From positions 32,001 through 96,000 of IMG/VR virus record IMGVR_UViG_3300042560_001826: a DNA stretch of 64,000 nt; one strand, given 5' to 3'. Shown in pieces: positions 32,173-43,751 of this stretch. Position numbers and translations under genes: made by a program. Each line of letters opens with the position of its first letter. Position 1 is the stretch's first letter. Below the pieces are notes generated by a model. The model was not told the DNA's origin. It searched no databases and saw nothing but the letters and a program-made list of their open reading frames with translations. This DNA comes from a virus.

Positions 32173-32985
32173 ATGTTAACTACTGAAAAACAAAATATTG
32201 AGATATCACCTGAGCAAATTGCTAAATGGGCTCCAATGATTGCGCTCCCTTGTTATGACCGGCAATTGACTGAACCATTCACTATGTCTCTTGTTCAAGC
32301 TTGTATGTATTTTAAACAAATCGGATTGCGTTTTGGAATTGGTACAATTAGCGACTCCCTAATTTCCAGGGCTAGGAATAGTATTGTTGCTAAGTTTATG
32401 GCGGCCGAACAATTTACACATTTGTTATTTATTGATGTTGATTTGAAGTTTAACCATAATGATATTTTAAAGATGCTCTGGCACGATAAAGATGTTATGA
32501 CGGGATCTTATCCCATTAAAGATATCAATTGGGAAAAAGTTCAGAAGCTTGTTCAGGCAGGTGTTGAGCCAAATAAAATAGCGGCAAAAGCTACAAGATT
32601 TGTTGTCAATCCAGTTAGCGCCGGACAAAATAAAATTGAAACAGATAATGGTGCTATTGCTGTTCACGACGCAGGTACCGGATTTATGTTAATTAAAAGA
32701 GAAGTCTTTACCAAGATGTTTGAGGCGTATCCAGAATTGAAATTTCAAGACGATACAGGAAGTCTAAAAGGTGATGAATTGAAACACACCTATGCCCTCT
32801 TTAATTCTTATGTAGATGAAAATAAACGCTTCCTGAGTGAAGATTACGGATTCTGTCGATATTGGCAAAAGATTGGTGGAAAGATTTGGGTTGATCCCGC
32901 CATTGAGCTTAGTCATTTTGGTCGCTTTGTATATGAGGGTAACATGATAGATTACCTTATGGAAATTTCTAAAACTAATTCCTAA
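32173..32985 (+). CDS. GT-A fold glycosyltransferase-like protein
   Basis: SLISRARN, LFIDVD, GTGFMLIKREVF, SEDYGFC; TATACT -10 box upstream. Confidence 0.75.
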   Translation: MLTTEKQNIEISPEQIAKWAPMIALPCYDRQLTEPFTMSLVQACMYFKQIGLRFGIGTISDSLISRARNSIVAKFMAAEQFTHLLFIDVDLKFNHNDILKMLWHDKDVMTGSYPIKDINWEKVQKLVQAGVEPNKIAAKATRFVVNPVSAGQNKIETDNGAIAVHDAGTGFMLIKREVFTKMFEAYPELKFQDDTGSLKGDELKHTYALFNSYVDENKRFLSEDYGFCRYWQKIGGKIWVDPAIELSHFGRFVYEGNMIDYLMEISKTNS

Positions 32986-34201
32986 ATTAGGTTTTTTATA
33001 AAGCCCCTGTAGTGCTTTATAAAATATACTAAAATTTGCTAAAAAATTGGCTAAACGCCAGCGGTAACATTACATGGTCGTAATATTACTTGAGACCTTC
33101 GTTGTTTTTAGCTAATTCATTATATCGACTGGATCGACAAGCCGATCGTCAATTTTTAGCTAATCCTGGCGGTTATGCCTGGATCTTAACTAATAGATAA
33201 ATTGACCCATTGTTCGCACCTATTGCCGGATCCAAAAGAAATCTCAGAAATCTATATTTTGAGGTTTTTTCTTACCGATTCCCCTGATAGTGTGGTGGCA
33301 CAAATGACGACACATTATCTTACCAATAGATTGCCTATTGTGTACGGTATTGTGTCGTTATTTGTGTTGTATAAAAAATCAGATACGGGAAAGGATTAGG
33401 CTATGGATTTGTCTATTTTTGACGCTCTTATTGGGCTATCTATCAAAGATAATAAAACTGACTATGGCAAAGTAATGAAATTTGTCACGGTTAGCAAAGA
33501 TGATAAGACAGTAGTTTATGCTGTTCTTACATCTATTAGTGAAAGTGGTAAAAACAAAGCCATTACGCTCAAGTTTTTATCTGAGTTATTGGCTTCGCAA
33601 AAGATTTTCCTTCGTCGCAAAGATGACGGTAGGTTTTTTGTTGTTGCTTATCCAGAAGGTCACAAATACGCTAAGCGTGTGTTTTCTGGTAGGCGAGCGC
33701 ATAAGTATTCTATTTGTGGTATTGGTAGTATCAACAATAACGCAATGATTGGAGATGAGCGTATTGACATTACAAAACACGTCGCATCTAATGAAAGTAC
33801 AAAAGTAAGTGTCAAAAATATCAAAGAAAGGGCAAACTAATGACTAACGACACAAATCAAGTAATTGATTTTGCTGTAAAAGTATTTCGTTTTGATCATA
33901 CATATTATTATTCAGATGATTATGATGTATGGCGAAATGGAGAATCGGTAAAGAAAAGCCTTTGTGAAGAAGCTAAATCTATGAATTTGTCAGTTGGTGA
34001 CAAAATGCTTATGATTGAAGTATTCAAAACACTTTGGAATGACAATAGACATCGTGAAGATAGTGATAAATGGGAATTGATTGATGCTAATCATATTCAA
34101 TGGCCTTATAAAGCAAGTATGTATAACATTATTGGAATAACTGAACAAGATTATTTGTTTATTCCGGCCAGTAATCAATAGTTACGAGAAAGGTAACAAC
34201 A

Positions 34202-34606
34202 ATGGAAAATAATGAAATGCGCGATAGCGTTTTACAAAATGATGTCTCATCAGCAGATGATTTAGATATGATCATTGTTGATGAAAGCGAACTAGATTTC
34301 CCACGTCAAAAGAAAAAGAAAATCAAACCGTATTTTGATGGTGGTACATTTTTGACAAATCATCCACATCACCGTGATGGTTGGACAAAAGTTGATTGGG
34401 ATTTTTATGCTGCACTTGTGCGTATAAAAGTACTTAGAGTAAATAGAAAAGGTCTGGTAGCAGTATTGGATGACATCAAAGAATTTCGTATGCTTCCAAC
34501 TAAGGAAGCAAATGTTCTTTGCCAATGGCTATTTGACAATGATTTTATCTTTGTTGTTTATGAAGGTGACGAAATCAGAAAGAAGGAAAATGGACAATCT
34601 AACTAA
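34202..34606 (+). CDS. Hypothetical protein carrying a family A-like N-terminal motif
   Basis: MIIVDESELDFPRQKK versus FEIVNESDLSFAKRGRK. Confidence 0.6.
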   Translation: MENNEMRDSVLQNDVSSADDLDMIIVDESELDFPRQKKKKIKPYFDGGTFLTNHPHHRDGWTKVDWDFYAALVRIKVLRVNRKGLVAVLDDIKEFRMLPTKEANVLCQWLFDNDFIFVVYEGDEIRKKENGQSN

Positions 34607-35638
34607 AAATCAACTATTGAATGAGTTAGAAAATCTAACTCGTCAAATGGATGTGCCAATTCATCGGCAAAAAGATCCAGGTTGGCTAATTAGAAATATT
34701 GGGATAAATAATCCCGGTCACAAAAATATTGAGAAAATTACAAAAATCTGTAAATTACTTGAGAAGGAAAATAATGATGTTTGACAAAGGTGATTTGGTT
34801 AGATGGTATCCAGATTATGATAATGATATAGATTATGAACTAGCATACTTTGATAGTTATGCTAGGGAAGATCCAACAAGTTGTTATATTTATACTCTTG
34901 ATAATTTACTTATTGGAATCTATACAGATGTTAGTCGAGTTAGTGAATCTAAAGAAAGTGATGCTCAAAAATCCTATTAGCAAAGGAGTAGTAATGGCTA
35001 TTTGTGTTTATTGTGAAAAAGAATACATTGATGAGAGAAAAGAAGCCGGATTTGATTATTGTTTGACTGATGCTTGCTATAAGCAAGGGATTGATAAATC
35101 TGAAAGGGAATTTCGTAAGATTTATACCCCAGCATTGCTACACAAATCAAATTACTTCTGGGTTAAGAAAACTGAATTAGTTACTCTAAATACACGAAGT
35201 GACCTATTAGTCGAAAGAGAGAATCTGTAATGACTAGACCACCACTTATTCCTTGCCTTATTTGTGAAAAAGCAGTTATTTACTTATGGCCGGATTTAGA
35301 AAAGCCAACAAATTTAAATTCAGCTTCTCATATTTATATTGAAGGTGATTACGGAAGTAACTTTGATATGCTCAAATATGAAGCAATTATTTGTGATGAA
35401 TGTCTTGATAAGGCAATCCAATCAAAAAGAGTTCGCTTTACTGGCGAATTACAATGGAAATCAGAATAACAACATCAAAAAAGAGAGGGAAAATAATGGG
35501 TAACCACAGAAGAAATTGGCAATACGCAATTACAAAAGAAGTATTAGCTATTCATGAAGTAATTGATCCATACGATTGGGAATTAGATATTGATATGAAT
35601 GAAGATCTTCAAGAATGGGAAAAGGAGCTAAGCAAAAA

Positions 35639-35971
35639 ATGAAAGATCATTTTGAAATTGGGCCTTCACCTTATGGTGAAAACTGCGCTCAGGTTGGAAG
35701 TGAAGATTTTCGCCAAAGAGCAACTCAAGAAATGGATGCCTACATTGATCAACTTAACCGTATGTTTGGTGAATTGATTAAAAATGATCGATCCATTTAT
35801 TTTAGTAAGAAATGGTTTCCTCATGATTTTGGAACTTATGGGGAAGTTGTAATCAATTTTGATGATGAAAAAGATTATGATGTAATTTATGAAATTGAAA
35901 GGAATCTCCCAGAGTATTGGGATGATGAAGCAAAAAAACAACTAGATCTATTGCCAAAAGGCATAGAATAA
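35639..35971 (+). CDS. Hypothetical protein ending in QLDLL
   Basis: AAGGAG RBS; FPHDFGTYGEV motif. Confidence 0.6.
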   Translation: MKDHFEIGPSPYGENCAQVGSEDFRQRATQEMDAYIDQLNRMFGELIKNDRSIYFSKKWFPHDFGTYGEVVINFDDEKDYDVIYEIERNLPEYWDDEAKKQLDLLPKGIE

Positions 35972-36464
35972 CAAAGGAAAAAACATGAAAAAGGAAACAA
36001 TTGAAGAGTCAAAATTCAAAGATATTTCTTTGGAAGTCTTTGATAAAAGCACACCACTACGTGGCAATAATAAGAAAGCACAAATCGTTGGAATTAAAGT
36101 CAACGAAAATGGTAATGTCACTTGTGAAGTAATTGAAGAATCTCCAGATGTTTATAACCTCTTTGATTATGTAAAAGAAGACAGTGAAATCATGTCAAAA
36201 ATTGGAGAATACGATATGATTAGCATTCTGACTGCTGGTTGGGCTGCACCTGTAAATGAAGATGGTAATGATAATTTGGCTCCATCTCAACATCCAGAAA
36301 GAAAGCGCGTTTTGATTTCAATTATGGGATATACATTGAATCAAATTTCTAGCGTTATGGCATTTGAAGGTGAAGATGTAGATCATCATTATGATTACAA
36401 TAAGGGCCAAGGCGCACTTCGTGATGCCTTTGATGAATTGCTTATTCAATTGAATTGGAGATAA

Positions 36465-37169
36465 ATGTTTAACTATTCTGAAAACCTCCTAAAATGCGCA
36501 AAGGATGGTTTAGAAAAACCATCTGACTTTGGGTATTGGGGGCCTAAGGATATGTTTGAGACTTGGGGTTTTTGTGGGATTGATAAAAGTCAGGCTTCTA
36601 ATCTTATAGAAGAGAGTAACTTTGAAACAATCTCACAAAAACTCATCTCTGAATTCCCTGATGATTTCAGAATTGAAACATATCGACATTGGGCTGTTGG
36701 TCAAGTATCAAGATTAGTTTGCCGTATCCTTTACCGTAAAGGTGAAATTGAAGATAAAAATATAACTGAGGCTTTCAAAAAGGCTATGGAATGGCAAGAC
36801 CAATTAGCAAACTATCCTGTTGCTGATGAAGAAGATTATTCCGATAGATTGTATCAGCAAAATATTGTCGATATTCCTCAATTAGAAGTAGCAAAATTTG
36901 CTGATCAAGCAGTTGATGATTGGGCTACAAAAATTGTCAACAAAATTCACGATAACGGTCATTATTGGGATGAAGATAATTATCCAGATGATGATGCTGT
37001 TATGGAAGCAATTTATGATTTGCAAATATGGAATAAAGAATATCCAACGGAATGGTTTGAATTTGCCGATAAACACGGCTTAGAAAGACCACCATTTGAT
37101 TTGGAATCAATTTCAAGATGGAATAAAAATCAATTATCACTATTTGGAGGTGAAAATGACCAGGGTTAG
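36465..37169 (+). CDS. Hypothetical protein with C-terminal QLSLF
   Basis: GGAG RBS; HWAVG motif. Confidence 0.65.
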   Translation: MFNYSENLLKCAKDGLEKPSDFGYWGPKDMFETWGFCGIDKSQASNLIEESNFETISQKLISEFPDDFRIETYRHWAVGQVSRLVCRILYRKGEIEDKNITEAFKKAMEWQDQLANYPVADEEDYSDRLYQQNIVDIPQLEVAKFADQAVDDWATKIVNKIHDNGHYWDEDNYPDDDAVMEAIYDLQIWNKEYPTEWFEFADKHGLERPPFDLESISRWNKNQLSLFGGENDQG

Positions 37170-37524
37170 AATCAATAAAAAAGTAAATGATCCAGTGATT
37201 GAAAAAGTGAAATTTGACTATAATGACAAAAATGTTATAGGTAGTCTAGAAATTCATTTTAGATCAGGGATTGTTTATAAATATAAAGATGTTGCTAAGA
37301 AGGCAGTCGATCATCTTCTTCAAGATAATGTATTTGTAGCTCATCAGTTTAATAAGTGTATTAATCCTCTATATCAGGTTAGTGAGCGAATTAAGACAGA
37401 TAAGTATAAAAAGATTATTGAAGCTGAAAGAAAAAAGCAATATCTGGCAAAGAATAATGCAGCAAGAAGAGCAAGAAAACAAAAGGCAAGAGAAGCAAAG
37501 CAAAAGGAGCTAGCAAATGCCTAA
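37156..37524 (+). CDS. KTSC-domain-like protein
   Basis: LEIHFRSGIVYKYKDV...FNKCI. Confidence 0.6.
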   Translation: MTRVRINKKVNDPVIEKVKFDYNDKNVIGSLEIHFRSGIVYKYKDVAKKAVDHLLQDNVFVAHQFNKCINPLYQVSERIKTDKYKKIIEAERKKQYLAKNNAARRARKQKAREAKQKELANA

Positions 37525-38122
37525 TCATTGTGGAAATCAATTCACTGTGCGTGGTAGCAAGAACGATGTAATTAATTTCATTGTATCTTGCGTTAATCCA
37601 AAACAAGGTGAAGAACCATTGAGTGAAAATCAAATTAAGCAAGCAATTATTCAAGGAGCATTCAATGATGATTCAAAGTATGTCTTTGAAAACTTCTGCT
37701 TGTTTAGAAAATTAAAGCCAATGCCTAAAGCAATGCGTGAAGATGAGCATGCCGGCTCTGAAAAGAATCAAGCATTGATTGATGAATATGGTGCTGATAA
37801 TTGGTATGACTGGGCCAATGATAATTGGGGAACTAAATGGGGTTGCTATGATGTTTCATTTGATCCTATCTATAAAACAGATGATGGTCAATATGAAATG
37901 CAAATTAATTACAGTACTGCTTGGTCTCCGGGTGATGATTTCCTTATGGAATATCTAGCAGTTGAAGATTATAAAAATCTTACATTTCACCTTTACTATC
38001 AAGAACCTGGAATGGGTTTTCATGGTTTTTTCTTTATCAAAGATGGTTCATTAGCAGGAAAGGGTTGTGAAAATTACCAAGAATTTCCAACATCAATGAG
38101 TGACGCATGGGATAGGTATTAA
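37517..38122 (+). CDS. DUF1281/YubB ferredoxin-like protein
   Basis: MPNHC, NWYDW...NWGTKW, TAWSP, YQEPGMGF. Confidence 0.7.
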   Translation: MPNHCGNQFTVRGSKNDVINFIVSCVNPKQGEEPLSENQIKQAIIQGAFNDDSKYVFENFCLFRKLKPMPKAMREDEHAGSEKNQALIDEYGADNWYDWANDNWGTKWGCYDVSFDPIYKTDDGQYEMQINYSTAWSPGDDFLMEYLAVEDYKNLTFHLYYQEPGMGFHGFFFIKDGSLAGKGCENYQEFPTSMSDAWDRY

Positions 38123-39022
38123 TATGGGCTTAGATAACATTCCAAATGTTTATCCTTGTAAAAAGGAAAATACTGCCATTCTGAGTGATGATGGGAGAAT
38201 TGATTGTGATGCAACAATGGAAGCCGATAAATGTCCTTGGAAAAGAGAATCTGAGAATTCTCATTTGCTAAAGATATCAGGTGCTACTCCGACTTACGGT
38301 ATGCTTGGAACTAGCTGTTGGTATCGCGGAAAATACGGCAATATGCTTTTGTCATTGCTTGAAAATGGCGATATGGATGCCTATGTAAATACAGTTTACT
38401 CATTTTATGGAGAAGGGGGTGATGACGAAAAAGAAGGCTTATCTGTACAATACTGTAAAGATATGTCTCAGTATATGAAAAATCACACCGAAGAGTTTTC
38501 TAATAGAGCTTATGTAAACAATCCAAATGAAGCAAAAGATCTAATTAAAGATTGGATTTATGCTACTTGGTGGTTACAGTTTGTAGCAGAAAACTCAGAA
38601 GGTTCAGCCGTTTGGTACTAACAGGAAAAAGGAAAAAATGTTCAACAAAGATGACTTTGATAATTTAGATGATATTAATGAAGATACAGTACCTGATGGT
38701 GTTGTTGATGCTAGTAATTATGCATTGATATTGAAACAAACAACTGAGTATCTAAAAGATACTGATTACGAATCTGCTGAAAGCAGAATGGTAGCAATGA
38801 TGAATATCGTAAATCTAATGCATGAAAATGAAGATACTCTAAGTGATGATAGTGTTTATGGCGTTGTTATTGCTCTTATGTATCATATTCAAACTGTACT
38901 TTCGGGTATGGTCAATGAGGATAGAGAAGAGTATTTCAACCATTTAGAAACAGAAGTATTGCCAATTTTTAGTATGGAAGCGTCAATGCTTCCGTATTAC
39001 GATAACCCAGAAGAAACGGGAG

Positions 39023-39352
39023 ATGAAAGCAGTGACTGATTATCAACAATTACTAATCAACATGAATGAATCATGGAGAAAAGATACTGTTTGCAGTAAA
39101 ACAAAAACGATTGATTGGTTTTCTGATGAAAAAGATCAAATCAAAATGGCAAAAGAGGCTTGTAGAAAATGCCCTGTTGCCGATAAATGTTTAGAGTTTG
39201 CTGTGCGGAATAAGGAAAGATTTGGTGTCTGGGGCGGGTTTACGCCAAGAGAAAGAAATAAAATTACTAGACATCTTGTTTCATTAACAAAGGAGGAAGC
39301 CAAAGATTTGGTGATCAAATATGGAAACCAAGTATTGTCTCAGACTAGTTAA
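39023..39352 (+). CDS. whiB: WhiB-family transcription factor (copy 2)
   Basis: WRKDTVC...AKEACRKCPVADKCLEFA...FGVWGGFTPRER. Confidence 0.9.
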   Translation: MKAVTDYQQLLINMNESWRKDTVCSKTKTIDWFSDEKDQIKMAKEACRKCPVADKCLEFAVRNKERFGVWGGFTPRERNKITRHLVSLTKEEAKDLVIKYGNQVLSQTS

Positions 39353-41007
39353 AGAGACATATATTGATGCTGAAAGTCTTGATGAAGCAAATCAAATTGC
39401 TGAAATGATGGCTTTGAGAGAAAATAATCAAAAAATGTTTGGAAATCTAGTTACTGTTTATACCGAAGTAGAGCAACTATCAAAAGGATAGGAGATGGCA
39501 GCAAAAAAAACATTTAGTGTTCCCTTCACTAGAAGATATTATTTTGCTCGTGGTTATCACGACAGAATAACAAAAGTGGATAATCCACCTTCTAGTGAAG
39601 TGAACGACTATTATATGCAAGAATTAAATATCAATGTAATAGAAGAATATAATAAGGGTAGAGAAATAGCAGAGAGAGATTTAGTAAACGGCTTAGTTTA
39701 GGAGAGCAATATGTCAGAAAAAACATGTAGAGAGCGTATTAAAGAAGAATACGATAATAGGAATGAATCAGTTGCCAAAATGATTAAATATCATAACGGA
39801 ACTGCTGAATATGAACTTGATGAATTGACCGAACAATTTGTCGAGGAATTCACAAAAACTGAGAATAGAGAACCGACAGAAGATGAAGTTGATAAATTCC
39901 GGGAGAATGCTTCTGATAATGAATACAATGAAGATAGCCTTATGGAGTTCCCCTTGGGATTTAGCATTCATAAGGTTATCAAAATTGAATTGAGTACGGG
40001 CGGCCCTGCTGATTATCTTGAGGTGTTTATTGACACAGATGATAATAATTCTATTATGAGAATTGTATATCATTTTGCTGATTGGTTTGATCATGCACAA
40101 ATGGATGTATCTAGTAATGATTCGCTTTGGGAATTTGCTGAGATTTATTGTCAAGGATTGCTAGATTTGATCTAAGGAGAAATATGGAATATCTAGAAAG
40201 AACAGAAATAGCCGGAAATACAATCAATACTAAACAGGAGAATAATATGGAAACACAGCAAGGCAATGAAGTATCAATTAAAATCCCAGTGAATCAGCTT
40301 ATTGATTCCTTAGCACAAAGCAATATCATCACTAATCTAATTAGCAATGCTGTCGCTGTAAGCACTGAGAGTAGTGTTGAAGAATACTTCTCAGAAAAAG
40401 GCAGTGATTTGCTTGATAGATATGACATTATGACCAGTGATAATCTTGATGAGCATATTGGTTCTTATCTTAGTGACAATATTGATGAATACATTGATCA
40501 ATCAGACATTGTTGATGATGTCATCAGTAGGATTGAAGATAGAGATTTGATTAATGAAGCAATTAATGACGGTCTAGATCAATATAGTCCAACAAGTACT
40601 TGTGGAACTGCTAAGAAAGCGTATGAGGCAATTATTGATTCAATTCGCTATGATTTGATGTGTCATGGTATTAAGGAAAGTACTCGTGAATCTCATTATG
40701 TTCACGGAGAAGGTCTGACAATTTTTAATCAATTGAAGCGTATCATTGAAGAAATTGTTGATGATAGGATTCACAAAAACGAACTAGTCAATACAGCAAA
40801 TAAAGCTATGAGTGTTGAAATTATTGATGATCTAGTTCCAAGTACGGCTTTCCCTTGTACTCATTTTAAAGTTACTACATATAATCCTGAACAGGCTGAG
40901 AGATTAAAGAATTTCTTGTTCTCTGATAAGGATATGCAGCAAGCTAGAATTGGGATTGCCAAGGGAAATAACGATAAGAATCCATTTTAAATAACAACAC
41001 AAAAGGG

Positions 41008-42633
41008 GTGATTATGAAATACATTAAGATATCCAACACAGCAATAGGTGGAGTCAATAGGCTTCGTTTAGAAAAGCTGGGGCTTTCAACAAAAAGAAAT
41101 GATCCTGATACGATTGGTCAATTTGGTTCTGGTATCAAATATGCTCCAATTTCAGCAATTAGAATGGGTCTTGATTTTGTATTCGTTGGCTCTGATGATA
41201 AGGGTGAATATCAGCTTCGCTACAAAGTAGTAGATGAAGAAGGTATCAACTCAATTGTTTATGATTATGGTGACTATCAAAAGCCATCTTCATTTACAGT
41301 TGATGCTGGCTCTTTGAGTTGGGATAGTGAATGGCAAATCTACCGGGAAATAGTTTCTAATGCTATGGATGAAGGTGATTGGACAAGAGAAATTGTTGAT
41401 AATGTTGAAAACGATAAAAACTCGTTTGCAATTTATATCTCGGCATCTCCAAAAATGATAGATGTTTATAATGACCATGATAAATACTTCTGTACGAATA
41501 GAGAAGTTTTTTATTATTGTGATAGAACAGATGTCAAGTTCTTACAAAAGCATGATAGTTCAGAAAGGCTTTATAACAAAGGTGTTCTTTGCCATACAGA
41601 AGAGATACAGTTTCCTTCTTTGTTTGATTATAACTTTCTAAATGGTGATCTAAACGAAGACAGGTCTTTCAAATATGTTTCTACTGAGCGCCTTAAAATT
41701 GCTAAAGCAATTGCCTGGACTAAGAATAAAGAGCTAATTAAGGAAATACTAGAAGAAGCTTTTGAGACAGACATCTGGGAATTTAATTTCATTAGTGATC
41801 TACATTGGAATTATGTCACCCCATCTAGTAGTTGGAAATTACAGTTTCACAAGATGTATGGAGAAAATGCGATAATTGTTTCTCCAGAGCAATCGCTAAT
41901 TCAAGGCCTCTCATCTTTGATTAAAGCAAAAGGTATGAAAGCTAAGTATTGTACTTCTAATGCAATGTTTAGTTTTCTTAAAGAGTGTGAGATTGCCACT
42001 TGTGAAGATTTGATTGACGAGAAATACGAATACATTACTGATGATGATCTAACAAAATACCCAAAGCTTATTGAGGCAATAAAAATCGCCTCTCACTTTG
42101 AGCCAGGATTATTGAATATGCCAAAACCAGTAATTGTATTTGATACACAAGAAGATGAAGTTATGCTTGGTCTTACTGTCAATGTTTCTAAAGAAATTCA
42201 ACAGAGGCAAATAATGATTGCTAAACATCACGCAGAAGGTTCTAGTGTGCGTGAATTAGTCGGAACAATAATTCATGAATATGACCATTATTCAAGTGGT
42301 CTGGGTGATAGTATGTACCGTGAATTCCGTTCACTTGCTGATAGTAGAATTTCTAAGCTAATGCTTTCTATGTATAAAGAGACACCTGCTTACATCCATA
42401 ATGGTATAATTAAAATTAAATTAAAAGATTTGCCTATGTTTTCATCTGTGGATTTCATCATTCAGCCAGTTGAAAAAACAAGTTGGCATTTGGCTCGCAT
42501 TGGAAAGTTGACCTTTAAACTTAACATTGGAGACGAAAAAATCTCACTAAGTGGTGTAGCAATGCCAGACAAAACTGGTGAGGAATTAGAAATCAATATT
42601 GGTCATAACGGCACAATTAGTAGATTGGATTAA
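41008..42633 (+). CDS. GHKL-type ATPase-like N-terminus plus C-terminal HExxH motif
   Basis: LGLSTK...IGQFGSGIK; REIVSNAMD; IIHEYDH. Confidence 0.6.
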   Translation: MIMKYIKISNTAIGGVNRLRLEKLGLSTKRNDPDTIGQFGSGIKYAPISAIRMGLDFVFVGSDDKGEYQLRYKVVDEEGINSIVYDYGDYQKPSSFTVDAGSLSWDSEWQIYREIVSNAMDEGDWTREIVDNVENDKNSFAIYISASPKMIDVYNDHDKYFCTNREVFYYCDRTDVKFLQKHDSSERLYNKGVLCHTEEIQFPSLFDYNFLNGDLNEDRSFKYVSTERLKIAKAIAWTKNKELIKEILEEAFETDIWEFNFISDLHWNYVTPSSSWKLQFHKMYGENAIIVSPEQSLIQGLSSLIKAKGMKAKYCTSNAMFSFLKECEIATCEDLIDEKYEYITDDDLTKYPKLIEAIKIASHFEPGLLNMPKPVIVFDTQEDEVMLGLTVNVSKEIQQRQIMIAKHHAEGSSVRELVGTIIHEYDHYSSGLGDSMYREFRSLADSRISKLMLSMYKETPAYIHNGIIKIKLKDLPMFSSVDFIIQPVEKTSWHLARIGKLTFKLNIGDEKISLSGVAMPDKTGEELEINIGHNGTISRLD

Positions 42634-42634
42634 C

Positions 42635-42772
42635 ATGACAAAATTCGGATTTTTTATGTGGTGTATTTGGGGCTGCGTATTGCTTTCAGTTGGATCAATT
42701 ATATTAATTCCAATTGCAATGATTGTATTGCCATTAGCATTAATAGCTGTTCTAGCCTACATTATTTATTGA
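42635..42772 (+). CDS. 45-aa membrane protein (not in the ORF track)
   Basis: MTKFGFFMWCIWGCVLLSVGSIILIPIAMIVLPLALIAVLAYIIY fills the gap between genes. Confidence 0.5.
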   Translation: MTKFGFFMWCIWGCVLLSVGSIILIPIAMIVLPLALIAVLAYIIY

Positions 42773-43751
42773 GCCATGCCAAAATTTGATCAATACTATA
42801 TTGTAGAATTTAGATTGCCAGTTAAAGTTGATTCAGTATCAACTGTACAAGAGGCATTGAGTCGAGCAAAACAAATTTGCGAGAATCAGTTTAACTTTAG
42901 ACCAGAAAATTGGAATGCTCGTATATTTGAATATAATACCGGGATTAATGAAGTTGGTCATGTAAAAGAATACTTTTATAATCCAAATTCATCTGCTTTT
43001 AGAGAGATACAGAAAAACATTGCGTATTTCAATGATCTAGTAGAAAAAGGCATGAGTATAGATGATATTGAAAAAGGAATTATTAGAGGTGATATTGGAA
43101 ATGGAAAACAAGGGATTGGAGATATATAGTTACAAAACCGTGAGACAGTATTTAATTGGACTTAACAGATTTGATTTGGTAGAATGGATAGATAACCATC
43201 GTTCTGAATATACCAAATCCATACTCAACAGGGAACAACATTACATAGGATTTTATTATGACTGAAGATATTTTTAGCGACGAAGATTTATCAGAGAACA
43301 ATACTTTGTATACAGATATGGTTCTTGAAATTATGTCATCTTGGGTAACAGGCAGTACAAACATTATTGAAACAGTTGTTGAATCAATTGCTTCTGAGGT
43401 TGGTGATAACGATACCGTTATGACTGGTCTATTGTTTGGTGCTTTGTTGCATATTGGTGTTTTAGTTTCAAAACTAGCAACTACTATGGGTGAGGATATG
43501 GATAAGGTATGGTCAGAATATTTGTTGGAATATAGTTCCGACATCAGAAAGAATATGACAAGAATTCCAGTACTTCATCCAGAAATAGCTTTGAAGATTG
43601 CTAATTCAATGGATAAAGAAAACTAAAGGAGTGTGATTTCTATAGCCTTAAACTAAGAAAGCAAAAGTGAAGTTGTTGATTTGCTTTTGGTTTTCTTCTA
43701 AATGCCAATGCTAATGCGTATAAACGCAAAACCTAAACTTTTGGAGGAAAT

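Noticed and set aside
33202-33399. 65-aa ORF before the early block
   Set aside because: TTG start without an RBS; overlaps the probable promoter region.
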